Source: a virus. From it: a stretch of 44,729 nucleotides of DNA. Position 1 is the stretch's first letter. Every line of letters starts with the position of its first letter. Positions 15,788 through 24,318 of this stretch are shown piece by piece. The position numbers and the translations under genes are program-made. The notes under the pieces were generated by a model. It did not search any database. It was not told the origin of the DNA and saw only the letters and a list, made by a program, of their open reading frames with translations. The stretch is from positions 1 through 44,729 of IMG/VR virus record IMGVR_UViG_2049941001_000006. One strand, written 5' to 3'.

Positions 15788-15987
15788 CGACTCCGCTGGA
15801 GGCCGGCGCGGCTCGCGCACGGCTGGATACCCCCGAGAAGATTGTGCTGGCGGCCCAGGTGGAGGCGCTGCGACGCGCCCGCGATGCCGTGGCCGGCGAC
15901 GTGGTCGGCAGTTACGGCCGCATCGATGGCCTGCTGCTGGAATGCCAGGACCGGCTGGCCCGGCTGTGCGCGCCGGCAGCGCATTGA
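15784..15987 (+). CDS. Hypothetical early protein (67 aa)
   Basis: ATGA overlap with the recombinase gene, with high GC3. Confidence 0.45.
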   Translation: MTTPLEAGAARARLDTPEKIVLAAQVEALRRARDAVAGDVVGSYGRIDGLLLECQDRLARLCAPAAH

Positions 15988-16001
15988 GGGGAGGGCAGGG
16001 C

Positions 16002-16613
16002 ATGCAGACGATCTGCGCAACCCGCAGCCAGCATCTGGGGCTGCTGATCACCCAGGCGGTACTGGCCCATCGCCTGCAGTGGGGCGAATACGCCGCTGCC
16101 GTGGTGGACCACTACCTGGGCAGTGTGCCGGCGACCGAGCGCGGCGTGCGCTTCCACGTCGCCACCTGCGCCGACGACCACGAGCGCGCCAGTCGAAACA
16201 ACACCCAGACGGTCCGCCGACTGCTGACCGGCGAAATCGCGATGTCGACGGACATCGAGGAATCGCTGATCGCCGCCCTGCCGGAGGCAGCGCGGCCGGA
16301 CGTGATGGCGGCCCTGCTGGCGCGCAGTGGGCTGATGTACGCCCGGCTGCCGGCGGCGCCGGGGGATGTGGCCGGGCAAGTGGGAGGGCCCTGCGAGCTG
16401 ATGCGGGCCACCGCCGATGCGGTGCAGGCGATCCTGCCGATGCTGGCCGATCGCCGGGGCATCGGCCCCGAGGATGCCCCGTATTTCCGGGCCGCGCTGC
16501 GCGAGCTGGGCGAGCTGCAGGGCGAAGTGGCCACGCTGGTCGCCCAGATCGCTCAGGCCATGCCGGAGTCGGAGCGCCGGGCCGTCCTGCGCAGCGTAGG
16601 GGGTGGCCGATGA
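16002..16613 (+). CDS. Hypothetical early protein (possibly CII/CP76-like regulator)
   Basis: ATG 16002 lies behind GAGGGGAGGG. The segment ..NNTQTVRRLLTGEIAMSTDIEESLIAALPE.. is reminiscent of CP76-type CII proteins. This assignment is weak. Confidence 0.45.
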   Translation: MQTICATRSQHLGLLITQAVLAHRLQWGEYAAAVVDHYLGSVPATERGVRFHVATCADDHERASRNNTQTVRRLLTGEIAMSTDIEESLIAALPEAARPDVMAALLARSGLMYARLPAAPGDVAGQVGGPCELMRATADAVQAILPMLADRRGIGPEDAPYFRAALRELGELQGEVATLVAQIAQAMPESERRAVLRSVGGGR

Positions 16614-16825
16614 CCTCGTCCTGGCAGCGCTGGTTCCCCGGGCCGACCGCCGTCGGCCGGCGGCAGGGGTGGCGGCTGATCCGCTTCGCCGAGGTCGATG
16701 CCGAGGGCAAGCCCGTCGGGCGGCCGATCGAGGCGATCGCGCCGGGCGGGCACCCGCGCTTCTTCCTGACCGAGGCCGCCGCCGAGAGCGCGGCCAGGTG
16801 GCTCAACGCCGAGGACGGCCTGTGA
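16610..16825 (+). CDS. Hypothetical early protein (71 aa)
   Basis: ATGA overlap with the upstream gene and a coding-like composition. Confidence 0.4.
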   Translation: MTSSWQRWFPGPTAVGRRQGWRLIRFAEVDAEGKPVGRPIEAIAPGGHPRFFLTEAAAESAARWLNAEDGL

Positions 16826-16913
16826 CCGGCCTCGGGTTCCCGGGGGCGGATCGCCCCATGCAGATGGGCCGCCGGCACGGACATGCCGACGGCCCGGTGA
16901 TCAATCGAAGGAG

Positions 16914-17156
16914 ATGATCGTGAGCAATCTCACCACAACACCCGCCTCGGAGCAACCTCCCGCCTGGCCGAAGGTCAGCCTGCGGTTGATGGTCCGCAGT
17001 CGCGCCCGGATCGATGCGATCAGGCACGGCGTGGACCCGGCGCCGGCCGTTGCGGCCGCCGAGGCCGCATGGCGCCAGCATCGCACCGTCCGTGCCGCCC
17101 TGCATGCCGCCTGGGCCGCCACCGACGCCATGGCCGGGCAAGGGGGGGCGCAATGA
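16914..17156 (+). CDS. Hypothetical early protein (80 aa)
   Basis: ATG lies behind GAAGGAGA. Confidence 0.5.
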   Translation: MIVSNLTTTPASEQPPAWPKVSLRLMVRSRARIDAIRHGVDPAPAVAAAEAAWRQHRTVRAALHAAWAATDAMAGQGGAQ

Positions 17157-17443
17157 CCCACGAGGCCGAGCCGCGCTGGTCCTTCTGCGGAATCCCGGGC
17201 CCGCACGTTGTGTTTGCCGGCCCGCGCACGAGGGCCGAGTTCGAACGGCTGCCGCTGGAGCCCGTCGTCCACGACTGGGTTCCCGACCAGGACCCGGTCG
17301 TGGCGCCGAGGGGCGACCAGCGTGCCTGGGAGCGGCGCTGCACGGTCAAGGTCCTGGCCGACGCAGAAACCGGCATCGACGTGATTTTCCAATGGTTCGA
17401 CTACCGCCTGGCCGAGCGCCAGGGTGGCGACGGGGAGGGCTGA
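17153..17443 (+). CDS. Hypothetical early protein (96 aa)
   Basis: ATGA overlap with the upstream gene. Confidence 0.45.
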   Translation: MTHEAEPRWSFCGIPGPHVVFAGPRTRAEFERLPLEPVVHDWVPDQDPVVAPRGDQRAWERRCTVKVLADAETGIDVIFQWFDYRLAERQGGDGEG

Positions 17444-17445
17444 CC

Positions 17446-18387
17446 ATGGATGAGCTGCCCATCCCCGGCGACATCTCCACCCTGCAGTACCAGTTCATCG
17501 AACATCGGAGGCTGCGCGGCGCGTGCCTCAACACGCTGCTGGCCTATCAGTCCGACCTGACGCGGCTGGCCGCGTTTCTGCAGCGCTGGGACATCACGCT
17601 GGTCCAGTTGATCAGCGAGCGTTTGATCAATCAGTGGCTCGACGAGGGCCTGGCACACCTGGGCTGGTCGCGGCGGACGGCGGCGCGGAGGCTGTCATCA
17701 GTGCGGGCGTGGCTGACCTGGTGCCGGGGGCAGGGGTTGTTGCGCCACGACCCCACCGCAGGCGTGCGCATCCGGTTCCATGCGCGGCGCGTGGTGGCAC
17801 CGGAGATGTCGGCGCTCAAGGCGATGATCGCCGGGATCGGGGAATCCGACCCGGTGGACCTGCGGGATCGCGCGATCCTGCTGCTGTTGCTGGATGCGGC
17901 GCTGCGCGCCAACGAGGTTGTGCTGCTCGACGCGGCGGCTGACAGCCCCAGCGGCTATGTCGTCGACGAGGGCCGGCTGCGCGTCTGCGTGCGCCCCAAG
18001 GGGGGCGACGCAGGCGAGGCCGACGTGGTTGGCATCGAGCCGGTCACCGCCGCTGCGGTGCGCGCCTGGCGGGAGTGCCGGGGGACGTTGGCACGGGCGG
18101 ACGAGCCGGCGCTGTTCGTCAGTCGCCGCGGGCGGCGCATGAGCCGCCAGACCCTGCACCTGATGGTCAAGGCGCGAGGCACCGAGGCGGGCATGCCCGG
18201 GCTGCACGCCCACCTGTTGCGACATCGCCGCCTCGGCGAGGTGGTCGAAAAGGCCGGGCTGGACGCCGGGGCCGCCCATGCGCGCCACCGGCAGAAATCC
18301 ACCACCGTCAACGTCTACGGCGCGCATGCCGCGGAGGTCCAGCGTCGGGCCATCCGCACGCTGGCGCCATTGGGAGAGCTGCCATGA
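17446..18387 (+). CDS. Tyrosine recombinase, XerC/D-like (no. 1)
   Basis: An N-terminal SAM-like domain (LNTLLAYQSDLTRLAAFL) is present. Catalytic pattern: ALRANE (Arg), VRPKGG (Lys), HAHLLRHRR (H-x-x-R), ARHRQKSTTVNVY (His..Tyr). Confidence 0.85.
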   Translation: MDELPIPGDISTLQYQFIEHRRLRGACLNTLLAYQSDLTRLAAFLQRWDITLVQLISERLINQWLDEGLAHLGWSRRTAARRLSSVRAWLTWCRGQGLLRHDPTAGVRIRFHARRVVAPEMSALKAMIAGIGESDPVDLRDRAILLLLLDAALRANEVVLLDAAADSPSGYVVDEGRLRVCVRPKGGDAGEADVVGIEPVTAAAVRAWRECRGTLARADEPALFVSRRGRRMSRQTLHLMVKARGTEAGMPGLHAHLLRHRRLGEVVEKAGLDAGAAHARHRQKSTTVNVYGAHAAEVQRRAIRTLAPLGELP

Positions 18388-18845
18388 CCACGAGCATGAC
18401 CCCGTTGCAACGGGAGGCGATGCGGCGCGCCATCGACGGAGACTGGGAACTGGCCGATGCCATGGAACTGGTCGAACGGGGGCGGGGCGCGCTGTCGCGC
18501 CACGGGCAGGACTACACGCTGCTGTTCGGCCTGTGGGTTGGCGGACGGCTGCGCCAGTTTGTCTGGGGTGACGTGCTGGACGAGGACGATGAGGACTACG
18601 AGGACGACGAGGACGACGAGGACGAGCTCGTCGCGGCCCTGAGCGCAGACCACGACATTTCCCTCGTCACCGATCTGAACGACAACGTCCTGTTCGACTG
18701 CCGCCGGGGCGATCCCCTGCCCCTGTACGTCAGGACCTATCCATCAAGAACCCCCCTGTGGGCGCACGGCGTACTGGCGGTTCAGCGCCGGGCGCAGCAC
18801 ACGGGGACGCAACTGCATACCAAGGAGATTTCGTCATGCGCGTGA
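18384..18845 (+). CDS. Hypothetical acidic protein
   Basis: ATGA overlap with the upstream gene. It contains the run DEDDEDYEDDEDDEDE. Confidence 0.45.
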   Translation: MTTSMTPLQREAMRRAIDGDWELADAMELVERGRGALSRHGQDYTLLFGLWVGGRLRQFVWGDVLDEDDEDYEDDEDDEDELVAALSADHDISLVTDLNDNVLFDCRRGDPLPLYVRTYPSRTPLWAHGVLAVQRRAQHTGTQLHTKEISSCA

Positions 18846-19948
18846 CCGTTGAATCGGCCGACCTGGCCAGGGCGATGAAGCAGTCCGTCGCCTGCAAGTC
18901 CTCCACCATGGGGGTTCTGGAATGCGCGGCGCTGCGCGCCGATGGTGGACATCTGCACATCGACACCACCGACAGCGAGTGCTACCTGCGCTGCAGCATC
19001 CCCGCGGCATGCGCTCAGCCCGGGGGGGTGCTGCTGCCGGCCGATCGGTTGACCACCATTGCCAGCGGCAGCGGCAGCATCATCATCGATGAGAAGGGCA
19101 AGCTCTCACGCGGGCGCAGCCATTACAGCGTGGTGGCCAATCCAGACCTGAGCCTGGTTCCCAGCTTCGAGCATTGCCTGTGGGAACCAGTCTCGTGTGC
19201 CGCCGGCGACCTGCAGCGGGCCATCGCCAGCACCCACCACTGCGCCAACGAGCACGACCTGCGCCAGCTGTGCAAGGGCGTGATCCTGCAGCCAGGCCGC
19301 GTCTGGGCCAGCGACGGTTACCGCATGGCGCGGGCACGCCTGGATGCCTACCAGGGCCGCGAGTTCCAGATCCCGCAGCGTCAGGTCCGGCGCGTGCTCG
19401 ATGCGCTGGCGCTCGATGATGCCAGCGTGCAGATCGGGCGCACCGAGGGGAATGCGCACCCCTGCGCGCTGCGCGTCGTCGCCCCGAACACGGAATTGAC
19501 CGTGCGGCTGACCGGCGACATGCAGTTCCCAAACCCGGAGTCGCTGATGCCCGACCCGGACGCCGCGGTCTGTGTCATCCGCCTGCAGCGCAAGGGCGTG
19601 ATGGATGCGATGCGGCGGGCCATGCCGCTGTGCGAGCGCGGGTCCAAGCACATCACCTACCCGGCGGCCTGGTCCGTGGACAAATCGGGCGTGTGCCTGA
19701 CCGATACAGGCGAGGGCGAGAGCTGCTGCGAGCACCTGAGCGACCAGGGCCTGGTGCTGGACGCCGCCGGGACGATCCGGACAGGAATGGATCTGAAACT
19801 CGCGCTCGGCCTGCTGGCCGCGATGAGCTGCGACGAGGTGGTCATTCGATTCACCAGCGCCACCACCGCCGCGCTGTTCACCGAGGGTGGGGAAGGGGCG
19901 GCCGATGCCGCCACGTTCGCCCAGGTGTTGATGCCCGTCCGACTCTGA
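18836..19948 (+). CDS. dnaN: DNA polymerase III beta sliding-clamp homologue (divergent DnaN)
   Basis: AAGGAGA RBS. ASDGYRMARARL corresponds to TDGHRLA, RLTGDMQFPNPESLMPD to the G.FPdY..viP block, and the C-terminal VLMPVRL to the DnaN MPMRL end. The 370-aa length fits. Confidence 0.8.
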   Translation: MRVTVESADLARAMKQSVACKSSTMGVLECAALRADGGHLHIDTTDSECYLRCSIPAACAQPGGVLLPADRLTTIASGSGSIIIDEKGKLSRGRSHYSVVANPDLSLVPSFEHCLWEPVSCAAGDLQRAIASTHHCANEHDLRQLCKGVILQPGRVWASDGYRMARARLDAYQGREFQIPQRQVRRVLDALALDDASVQIGRTEGNAHPCALRVVAPNTELTVRLTGDMQFPNPESLMPDPDAAVCVIRLQRKGVMDAMRRAMPLCERGSKHITYPAAWSVDKSGVCLTDTGEGESCCEHLSDQGLVLDAAGTIRTGMDLKLALGLLAAMSCDEVVIRFTSATTAALFTEGGEGAADAATFAQVLMPVRL

Positions 19949-19958
19949 GGAGACCGCC

Positions 19959-20225
19959 ATGCTCTGCGACGATCAGAACCGCCGCCTGCTCGATGCCCTC
20001 CGCCACGGCCCGATCACCAGCCTGCAGGCGCTGGACCAGCTCGGGATTGCCCGCGCCAGCGCCCGTGTGTTCGACCTGCGAGAGCGCGGCTACGACATCC
20101 GCAGCCGCGCCGTGGTGGTGCGCAACCGATTCGGTCAGACATGCCGCGTGGCCGAATATCAGCTCGCCACCCCGTCCCCCCAGCTGTTCCAGATCAAGCC
20201 TGGCAGGGGAGTGATGCACGCATGA
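19959..20225 (+). CDS. Winged-helix DNA-binding protein (HTH_39-like)
   Basis: LLDALRHGPITSLQALDQLGIARASARVFDLRERGYDI..RVAEYQL fits the pattern. GAGGAG RBS. Confidence 0.6.
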   Translation: MLCDDQNRRLLDALRHGPITSLQALDQLGIARASARVFDLRERGYDIRSRAVVVRNRFGQTCRVAEYQLATPSPQLFQIKPGRGVMHA

Positions 20226-20659
20226 ACACCATCCCCGATGAGGTGAGCGCCATCACCCGCCAGCTGATCCACCAGTTGATCGAGCGCGACCGCAAGGGCC
20301 GGGCCAAGTACGGCACCAGCCTGGACCGCTCCGATCTGGCACCGGACGACTGGGCGCAGCACATGGCCGAGGAGCTGATGGACGCCGCAGGCTATGCGCT
20401 GGCTCTGCGGCGGGAAGCCGAGACGATCGCAAACCCCAACCGCCTCGGCTACACCCCGGGCGAGCTGGACCGCAGCGCGCCCGCACGGATATGGCTGCAG
20501 GTCGACCCCGAGGACATCACCGGCGACCGCAGCGACCCGCTGGCCGACTGGTCGCCGGCCACCTGGTGCGCCCAGCCCGTCGGCGGTCTGGAGGTGGCCT
20601 ACGTCCGCGCCGACCTGGTGCGGGGATGGGTCGGCATGGAGGGGGCCGGCAATGGCTGA
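20222..20659 (+). CDS. dATP/dGTP pyrophosphohydrolase-like (MazG-related) protein
   Basis: ERDRKGRAKYGTSLDR..WAQHMAEELMDAAGYA is the helical N-terminal pattern seen in phage nucleotide pyrophosphohydrolases. Confidence 0.5.
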   Translation: MNTIPDEVSAITRQLIHQLIERDRKGRAKYGTSLDRSDLAPDDWAQHMAEELMDAAGYALALRREAETIANPNRLGYTPGELDRSAPARIWLQVDPEDITGDRSDPLADWSPATWCAQPVGGLEVAYVRADLVRGWVGMEGAGNG

Positions 20660-21158
20660 CCTCGCGCTAGATCCCTGTTGCGGCGCGAGGGCGATGTATT
20701 TCGACCCTGCCGACCAGCGCGTGCTGTTCGGGGATTTGCGGGACGAAACCCGCATCGTCACCGACAACAGCCTGCGGAATCGATCCGGCGTCCGCGCGCT
20801 GGAAATCCATCCGGATGTCCGCATGGATTTCCGCGCACTGCCGTTCGCCGATGAGACGTTCACGCTCGTCGTGTTCGACCCGCCCCACCTGATTCAGGCC
20901 GGGCCGCGATCGTGGCTGGCGGCGCGATACGGAAAGCTCGGCAACGACTGGCGCGAGGATCTGCGCCGCGGATTTTCCGAATGCTGGCGCGTGCTGCGCC
21001 CGTCCGGCACGCTGATTTTCAAGTGGAACCAGACCCAGATCCCGACGCGCGAAGTGATCAAGCTGGCGCCGCAGGCCCCGCTGTTCGGACACCGCAGCGG
21101 CAAGCGCTCCGGCACGCACTGGTTCACCTTCCTCAAGCTGGAGGCAACCCATGGCTGA
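20652..21158 (+). CDS. Small SAM-dependent DNA methyltransferase (N6-A / N4-C type, DPPH motif)
   Basis: LDPCCGARAM is motif I-like, and LVVFDPPH is motif IV (D-P-P-H). Confidence 0.7.
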   Translation: MADLALDPCCGARAMYFDPADQRVLFGDLRDETRIVTDNSLRNRSGVRALEIHPDVRMDFRALPFADETFTLVVFDPPHLIQAGPRSWLAARYGKLGNDWREDLRRGFSECWRVLRPSGTLIFKWNQTQIPTREVIKLAPQAPLFGHRSGKRSGTHWFTFLKLEATHG

Positions 21159-23220
21159 CGGCTCTTGCTCTCCCAAGCTCGAGCAGCACGCCTTCCACTT
21201 CCCGCAGCTGTCGGCGGCGTGCCGCCTGCGCCCGGGTGAAATCGTGGTGGACCTCTTCGCTGGCGGGGGCGGCGCGTCCACGGCGATCGAGCATGCGCTC
21301 GGCAGGCCGGTGGACATCGCCGTCAACCACAACCCGTGGGCCGTGAGCCTGCATGCGGCCAACCACCCCTACACGCGGCACTTGTGCCAGGACGTGTGGG
21401 AGGCCGACCCGCGCATCGAGTGCGATGGCCGTGCCGTGGGCCACCTGCATGCCAGCCCGGACTGCACGCATTTCAGCCAGGCCAAGGGCGGACAGCCGCG
21501 GAGCCGCGCCACGCGCTCGCTGAGCTGGGTAGTGCTGCGCTGGGCCGGCAGCGTGCGCCCGCGCCTCATCACGCTGGAGAACGTGCGGCAGATCCTGCAA
21601 TGGGGGCCGCTGATCGCCAAGCGCGACCGCGCCACCGGCCGCGTGGTGAAGCTGGACGGCCGCATCGCCGCGCCCGGCGAGCGCGTGTCGATCGACCAGC
21701 AGTTCCTCATCCCCGACAAGCGCCACGCCGGCCGCACCTGGCGCCGCTTCATCGCCGCGCTGCGCGGGCTGGGCTACACCGTGGAATGGCGCGTGCTGCG
21801 CGCCTGCGACTACGAGGCCGCCGGCCTGCTGGCAGGCACCAGCCGGGAACGCCTGTTCCTTGTGGCGCGGTGCGATGGGCAGCCCATCCGCTGGCCCGAG
21901 CCCACCCGTGGCCCGGGGCGCGCCAAGCCCTACATGACCGCCGCCGATGCCATCGACTTCACTGACACCGGCCGCAGCATCTTCGACCGCCCGCGCCCGC
22001 TGGCCGACGCCACCCTGCGCCGCATCGCCCGCGGCGTGAAGCGCTACGTGCTGGATGCGGAGGAGCCGTTCATCGTCCCCGTAACGCATGCAGGAGAGCG
22101 TCGAGTCCATCCCGCAAGCGAGCCATTGCCAACCATCACGGCGGCAAACCGCGGCGAGCTGATGGCCTGCACCCCGCTACTGGTGCAATGCGCCAACGCC
22201 TCCGCCGATGGCACCGCCCGCGCCGATGCGCCGCTGGGCACTATCACCGCACAGCCCAAGGGCGGCTCGCATGCCGTCGTCGCCCCGGTGCTGGTGCAGG
22301 CCGCACACGGCGAAGGCCAGCCCAACGGCGTGAAGCGATGGGGCGATGGCGCCCGAAGCGTGCGCGAACCGCTCGGCACCATCACGGCCTCCGGCAGCGG
22401 CGGGCAGGCAGTGGCGGCGGCCACGCTCATCAAGTTCCGCGGCAGCAGCAACGGCGCGGAGATCGACGAACCGATGCCCACCATAACCAGCGGGGCCGGT
22501 GCTGCGCGCCCGGCCGGCGCGGCCCACGCGATGGGCGTCATCACCGCCTTCATCGAACAGGCCAACGGCGGGTTCGCCGCCGACGGCGCCGGGCATGACG
22601 CACGCGAACCGCTCTCCACCATCACCGCCACCGGCAGCCAGCAGCGGCTGGTGACGGTGCACATGGCAACTCTGCGGGGCACAAACACCGGGCAGCCCGT
22701 TACCGATCCGCTGCGAACCATCACGGCGGGCGGCGAACACCACGCTGTCGTTGAGTGCAGCCTCAGTTCAGAGCACGAAGCCGGCGCGCTGCGCATGGCC
22801 GCCTTCCTCATGCGCTACTACGGTGATGGCGGCCAATGGGGCGATCTGCGCGAGCCGATGGCCACGATCACCACGAAAGACCGCCTCGCCCTGGTCACCG
22901 TCCACGTGCGCGGCGTGCCCTACGTCATCGTGGACATCCACCTGCGCATGCTGCGCCCGGCCGAACTGTTCCGCGCCCAAGGCTTCCCGGCCAGCTACAT
23001 CATCGACCGCACCGCCGACGGCCGCACCGTCAGCACCAGCCGCGCCGTGGCCATGGTGGGCAACTCCGTCAGCCCACCGCCGCTGGCCGCCATCCTCGAA
23101 GCCAACCTCGACCCGCACAGGAGGCACTGTAGGTGGCCACCACGAAGGAGAGAAAGATGTTCCGTGGAATCCACAAATGGCTGGTCAAGCTGTTCCAACG
23201 CACCCCGCGCGGCGGAATAG
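21151..23220 (+). CDS. DNA cytosine-5 methyltransferase with seven tandem TRD-like repeats
   Basis: Motifs present: I (DLFAGGGG), IV (SPDCTHFS), VI (ENV), VIII-like (TSRERLFL), and the C-terminal QGFPASY and GNSVSPP. Between them are seven repeats of (E/D)P(L/M)xTIT(A/S/T). Confidence 0.9.
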   Translation: MADGSCSPKLEQHAFHFPQLSAACRLRPGEIVVDLFAGGGGASTAIEHALGRPVDIAVNHNPWAVSLHAANHPYTRHLCQDVWEADPRIECDGRAVGHLHASPDCTHFSQAKGGQPRSRATRSLSWVVLRWAGSVRPRLITLENVRQILQWGPLIAKRDRATGRVVKLDGRIAAPGERVSIDQQFLIPDKRHAGRTWRRFIAALRGLGYTVEWRVLRACDYEAAGLLAGTSRERLFLVARCDGQPIRWPEPTRGPGRAKPYMTAADAIDFTDTGRSIFDRPRPLADATLRRIARGVKRYVLDAEEPFIVPVTHAGERRVHPASEPLPTITAANRGELMACTPLLVQCANASADGTARADAPLGTITAQPKGGSHAVVAPVLVQAAHGEGQPNGVKRWGDGARSVREPLGTITASGSGGQAVAAATLIKFRGSSNGAEIDEPMPTITSGAGAARPAGAAHAMGVITAFIEQANGGFAADGAGHDAREPLSTITATGSQQRLVTVHMATLRGTNTGQPVTDPLRTITAGGEHHAVVECSLSSEHEAGALRMAAFLMRYYGDGGQWGDLREPMATITTKDRLALVTVHVRGVPYVIVDIHLRMLRPAELFRAQGFPASYIIDRTADGRTVSTSRAVAMVGNSVSPPPLAAILEANLDPHRRHCRWPPRRRERCSVESTNGWSSCSNAPRAAE

Positions 23221-23381
23221 TGCCCAGCTCGTGGTCAGTAGAAACCTGCGTAGGGTGCCAGGCGATGCTGCTTCGGGGCGCTCACGGTGAATGCCATATA
23301 TGTGGTTGCTACTGGCTGAAGAACGAGCCATTGCCACCTAACACCGCCGGTAAGCCGGCGAGCGAAGCGAGATCGGCTTGA
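23157..23381 (+). CDS. Small Cys-rich (zinc-ribbon-like) protein
   Basis: AAGGAG RBS with ATG 23157. ETCVGCQ..HGECHICGC gives a CxxC..CxC pattern. The gene overlaps the methylase 3' end by 64 nt, and its last 14 codons run into repeat c1. Confidence 0.45.
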   Translation: MFRGIHKWLVKLFQRTPRGGIVPSSWSVETCVGCQAMLLRGAHGECHICGCYWLKNEPLPPNTAGKPASEARSA

Positions 23382-23395
23382 CCGGCTTGTTAGGC
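23336..23395. repeat. attC-like 60-bp element c1
   Basis: ACCTAACACCGCCGGTAAGCCGGCGAGCGAAGCGAGATCGGCTTGACCGGCTTGTTAGGC. The outer stem AAGCCG/CGGCTT and an extra stem GCCGGT/ACCGGC pair, while the inner stem is decayed. Confidence 0.6.
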
Positions 23396-23418
23396 CGCAA
23401 CCCACAAGGAGCAAGAGA

Positions 23419-23595
23419 ATGTTCGACATCACGAAGCAAGATGAGAAGGCCGCGTACTGCACCGGTCGAGATTGCGCTCTGAATGGCGCGAACACCATGA
23501 ACTGCCATTTCTCCTACTTTGCGCGCCCTGAGCTCACGCGCGCATGGGAAGAAGGCAAGAAGCAGGGCGAAAGCGAGTTGCGGTTTAACGCCTGA
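23419..23595 (+). CDS. Small protein (58 aa), possibly Rmf/CrpP-fold-like
   Basis: This ORF is not in the supplied track because it is under 60 aa. AAGGAG lies 8 nt upstream of the ATG. The product is MFDITKQDEKAAYCTGRDCALNGANTMNCHFSYFARPELTRAWEEGKKQGESELRFNA, and its stop lies inside repeat c2. Confidence 0.45.
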   Translation: MFDITKQDEKAAYCTGRDCALNGANTMNCHFSYFARPELTRAWEEGKKQGESELRFNA

Positions 23596-23642
23596 ATTAA
23601 GCCGCGCCGCGATGCGGCGTCGGCTTGAATGAATTGTTGGGC
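23583..23642. repeat. attC-like 60-bp element c2
   Basis: GTTTAACGCCTGAATTAAGCCGCGCCGCGATGCGGCGTCGGCTTGAATGAATTGTTGGGC. The stem AAGCCGCGCCGC/GCGGCG(T)CGGCTT has one unpaired T. Confidence 0.7.
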
Positions 23643-23663
23643 CGCAGCCCACGGAGAATAGAC

Positions 23664-23945
23664 ATGAGCATAGCGAAGCGTATTTTTGACGAGGCATTTG
23701 GAAAGCCGCGCGACCCAAGAAGCAACGCATATAAAGACGGGGTTTTGAGAACGCTTCAGATGCGCTTGAGGGAGTTTGACGGGATGTCGATTGCTCAATA
23801 CACCCTCGGCACTGCTGAATGCGATGCGTATTTTGCCGGGACTGATGAAGGGCACCGCCTCGCCAGCGAGTGGCTCGCGGAAGAATCCGAACGCGAGCGC
23901 GAATTTGCACATGCCGATCGCGAAATCCAAACGAGCGGCTTCTGA
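23664..23945 (+). CDS. Small hypothetical protein (93 aa)
   Basis: GGAG RBS. The product begins MSIAKRIFDEAFGKPRDPRSNAYKDGVL.. and has an acidic C-terminus. Confidence 0.55.
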   Translation: MSIAKRIFDEAFGKPRDPRSNAYKDGVLRTLQMRLREFDGMSIAQYTLGTAECDAYFAGTDEGHRLASEWLAEESEREREFAHADREIQTSGF

Positions 23946-23949
23946 TGCG

Positions 23950-24009
23950 GCCTAACACCTGAGTTAAGCCGAGCCGCGAAGCGGCTTCGGCTTGGACGAA
24001 TTGTTAGCC
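23950..24009. repeat. attC-like 60-bp element c3
   Basis: GCCTAACACCTGAGTTAAGCCGAGCCGCGAAGCGGCTTCGGCTTGGACGAATTGTTAGCC. The stem is AAGCCGAGCCGC/GCGGCT(T)CGGCTT. Confidence 0.7.
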
Positions 24010-24035
24010 ATCATTGAACGGTACGGAGAACATAG

Positions 24036-24245
24036 ATGGACATGAGCAAAGAAGAGATCGAGGAACTCGCAATTGAAGCCGCCGGTGCAGAAATCAATGG
24101 CTACAGGTTTGGGGAGAACGGACGCGAACCGCTATACGGGATACCCACGGAAACGGACGATGGCGACGTGTACTACACGAAACTCGAATTGCCCGATTGG
24201 CTGACCCGGTTTGCTGAATTGCTGATTGAGCGACATGACGGCTAA
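24036..24245 (+). CDS. Small acidic hypothetical protein (69 aa)
   Basis: GGAG RBS. The stop TAA lies inside the GGCTAAC of repeat c4. Confidence 0.55.
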   Translation: MDMSKEEIEELAIEAAGAEINGYRFGENGREPLYGIPTETDDGDVYYTKLELPDWLTRFAELLIERHDG

Positions 24246-24299
24246 CACCCGAGCTAACCCGAACCGCGAAGCGGTTTCGGGTTGAGCGAGTTGTTAGTT
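24240..24299. repeat. attC-like 60-bp element c4
   Basis: GGCTAACACCCGAGCTAACCCGAACCGCGAAGCGGTTTCGGGTTGAGCGAGTTGTTAGTT. The stem AACCCGAACCGC/GCGGTT(T)CGGGTT carries compensatory changes relative to c2 and c3. Confidence 0.7.
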
Positions 24300-24318
24300 C
24301 GCAAACCACAAAAAGGAA

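Noticed and set aside
15002-16051. 349-aa minus-strand ORF
   Set aside because: It is antisense to the serine recombinase and early genes, with junk-like composition.
23336-24299. Regularly recurring hairpin repeats considered as a CRISPR array
   Set aside because: The repeat spacing is 247-367 bp, and the spacers contain SD-preceded ORFs. The repeats are 60 bp and divergent with compensatory changes. No cas genes are present.
23336-24299. The same hairpins considered as rho-independent terminators
   Set aside because: No T/U tract follows any stem. The conserved flanking heptamers and the conserved bulged base are not terminator features.
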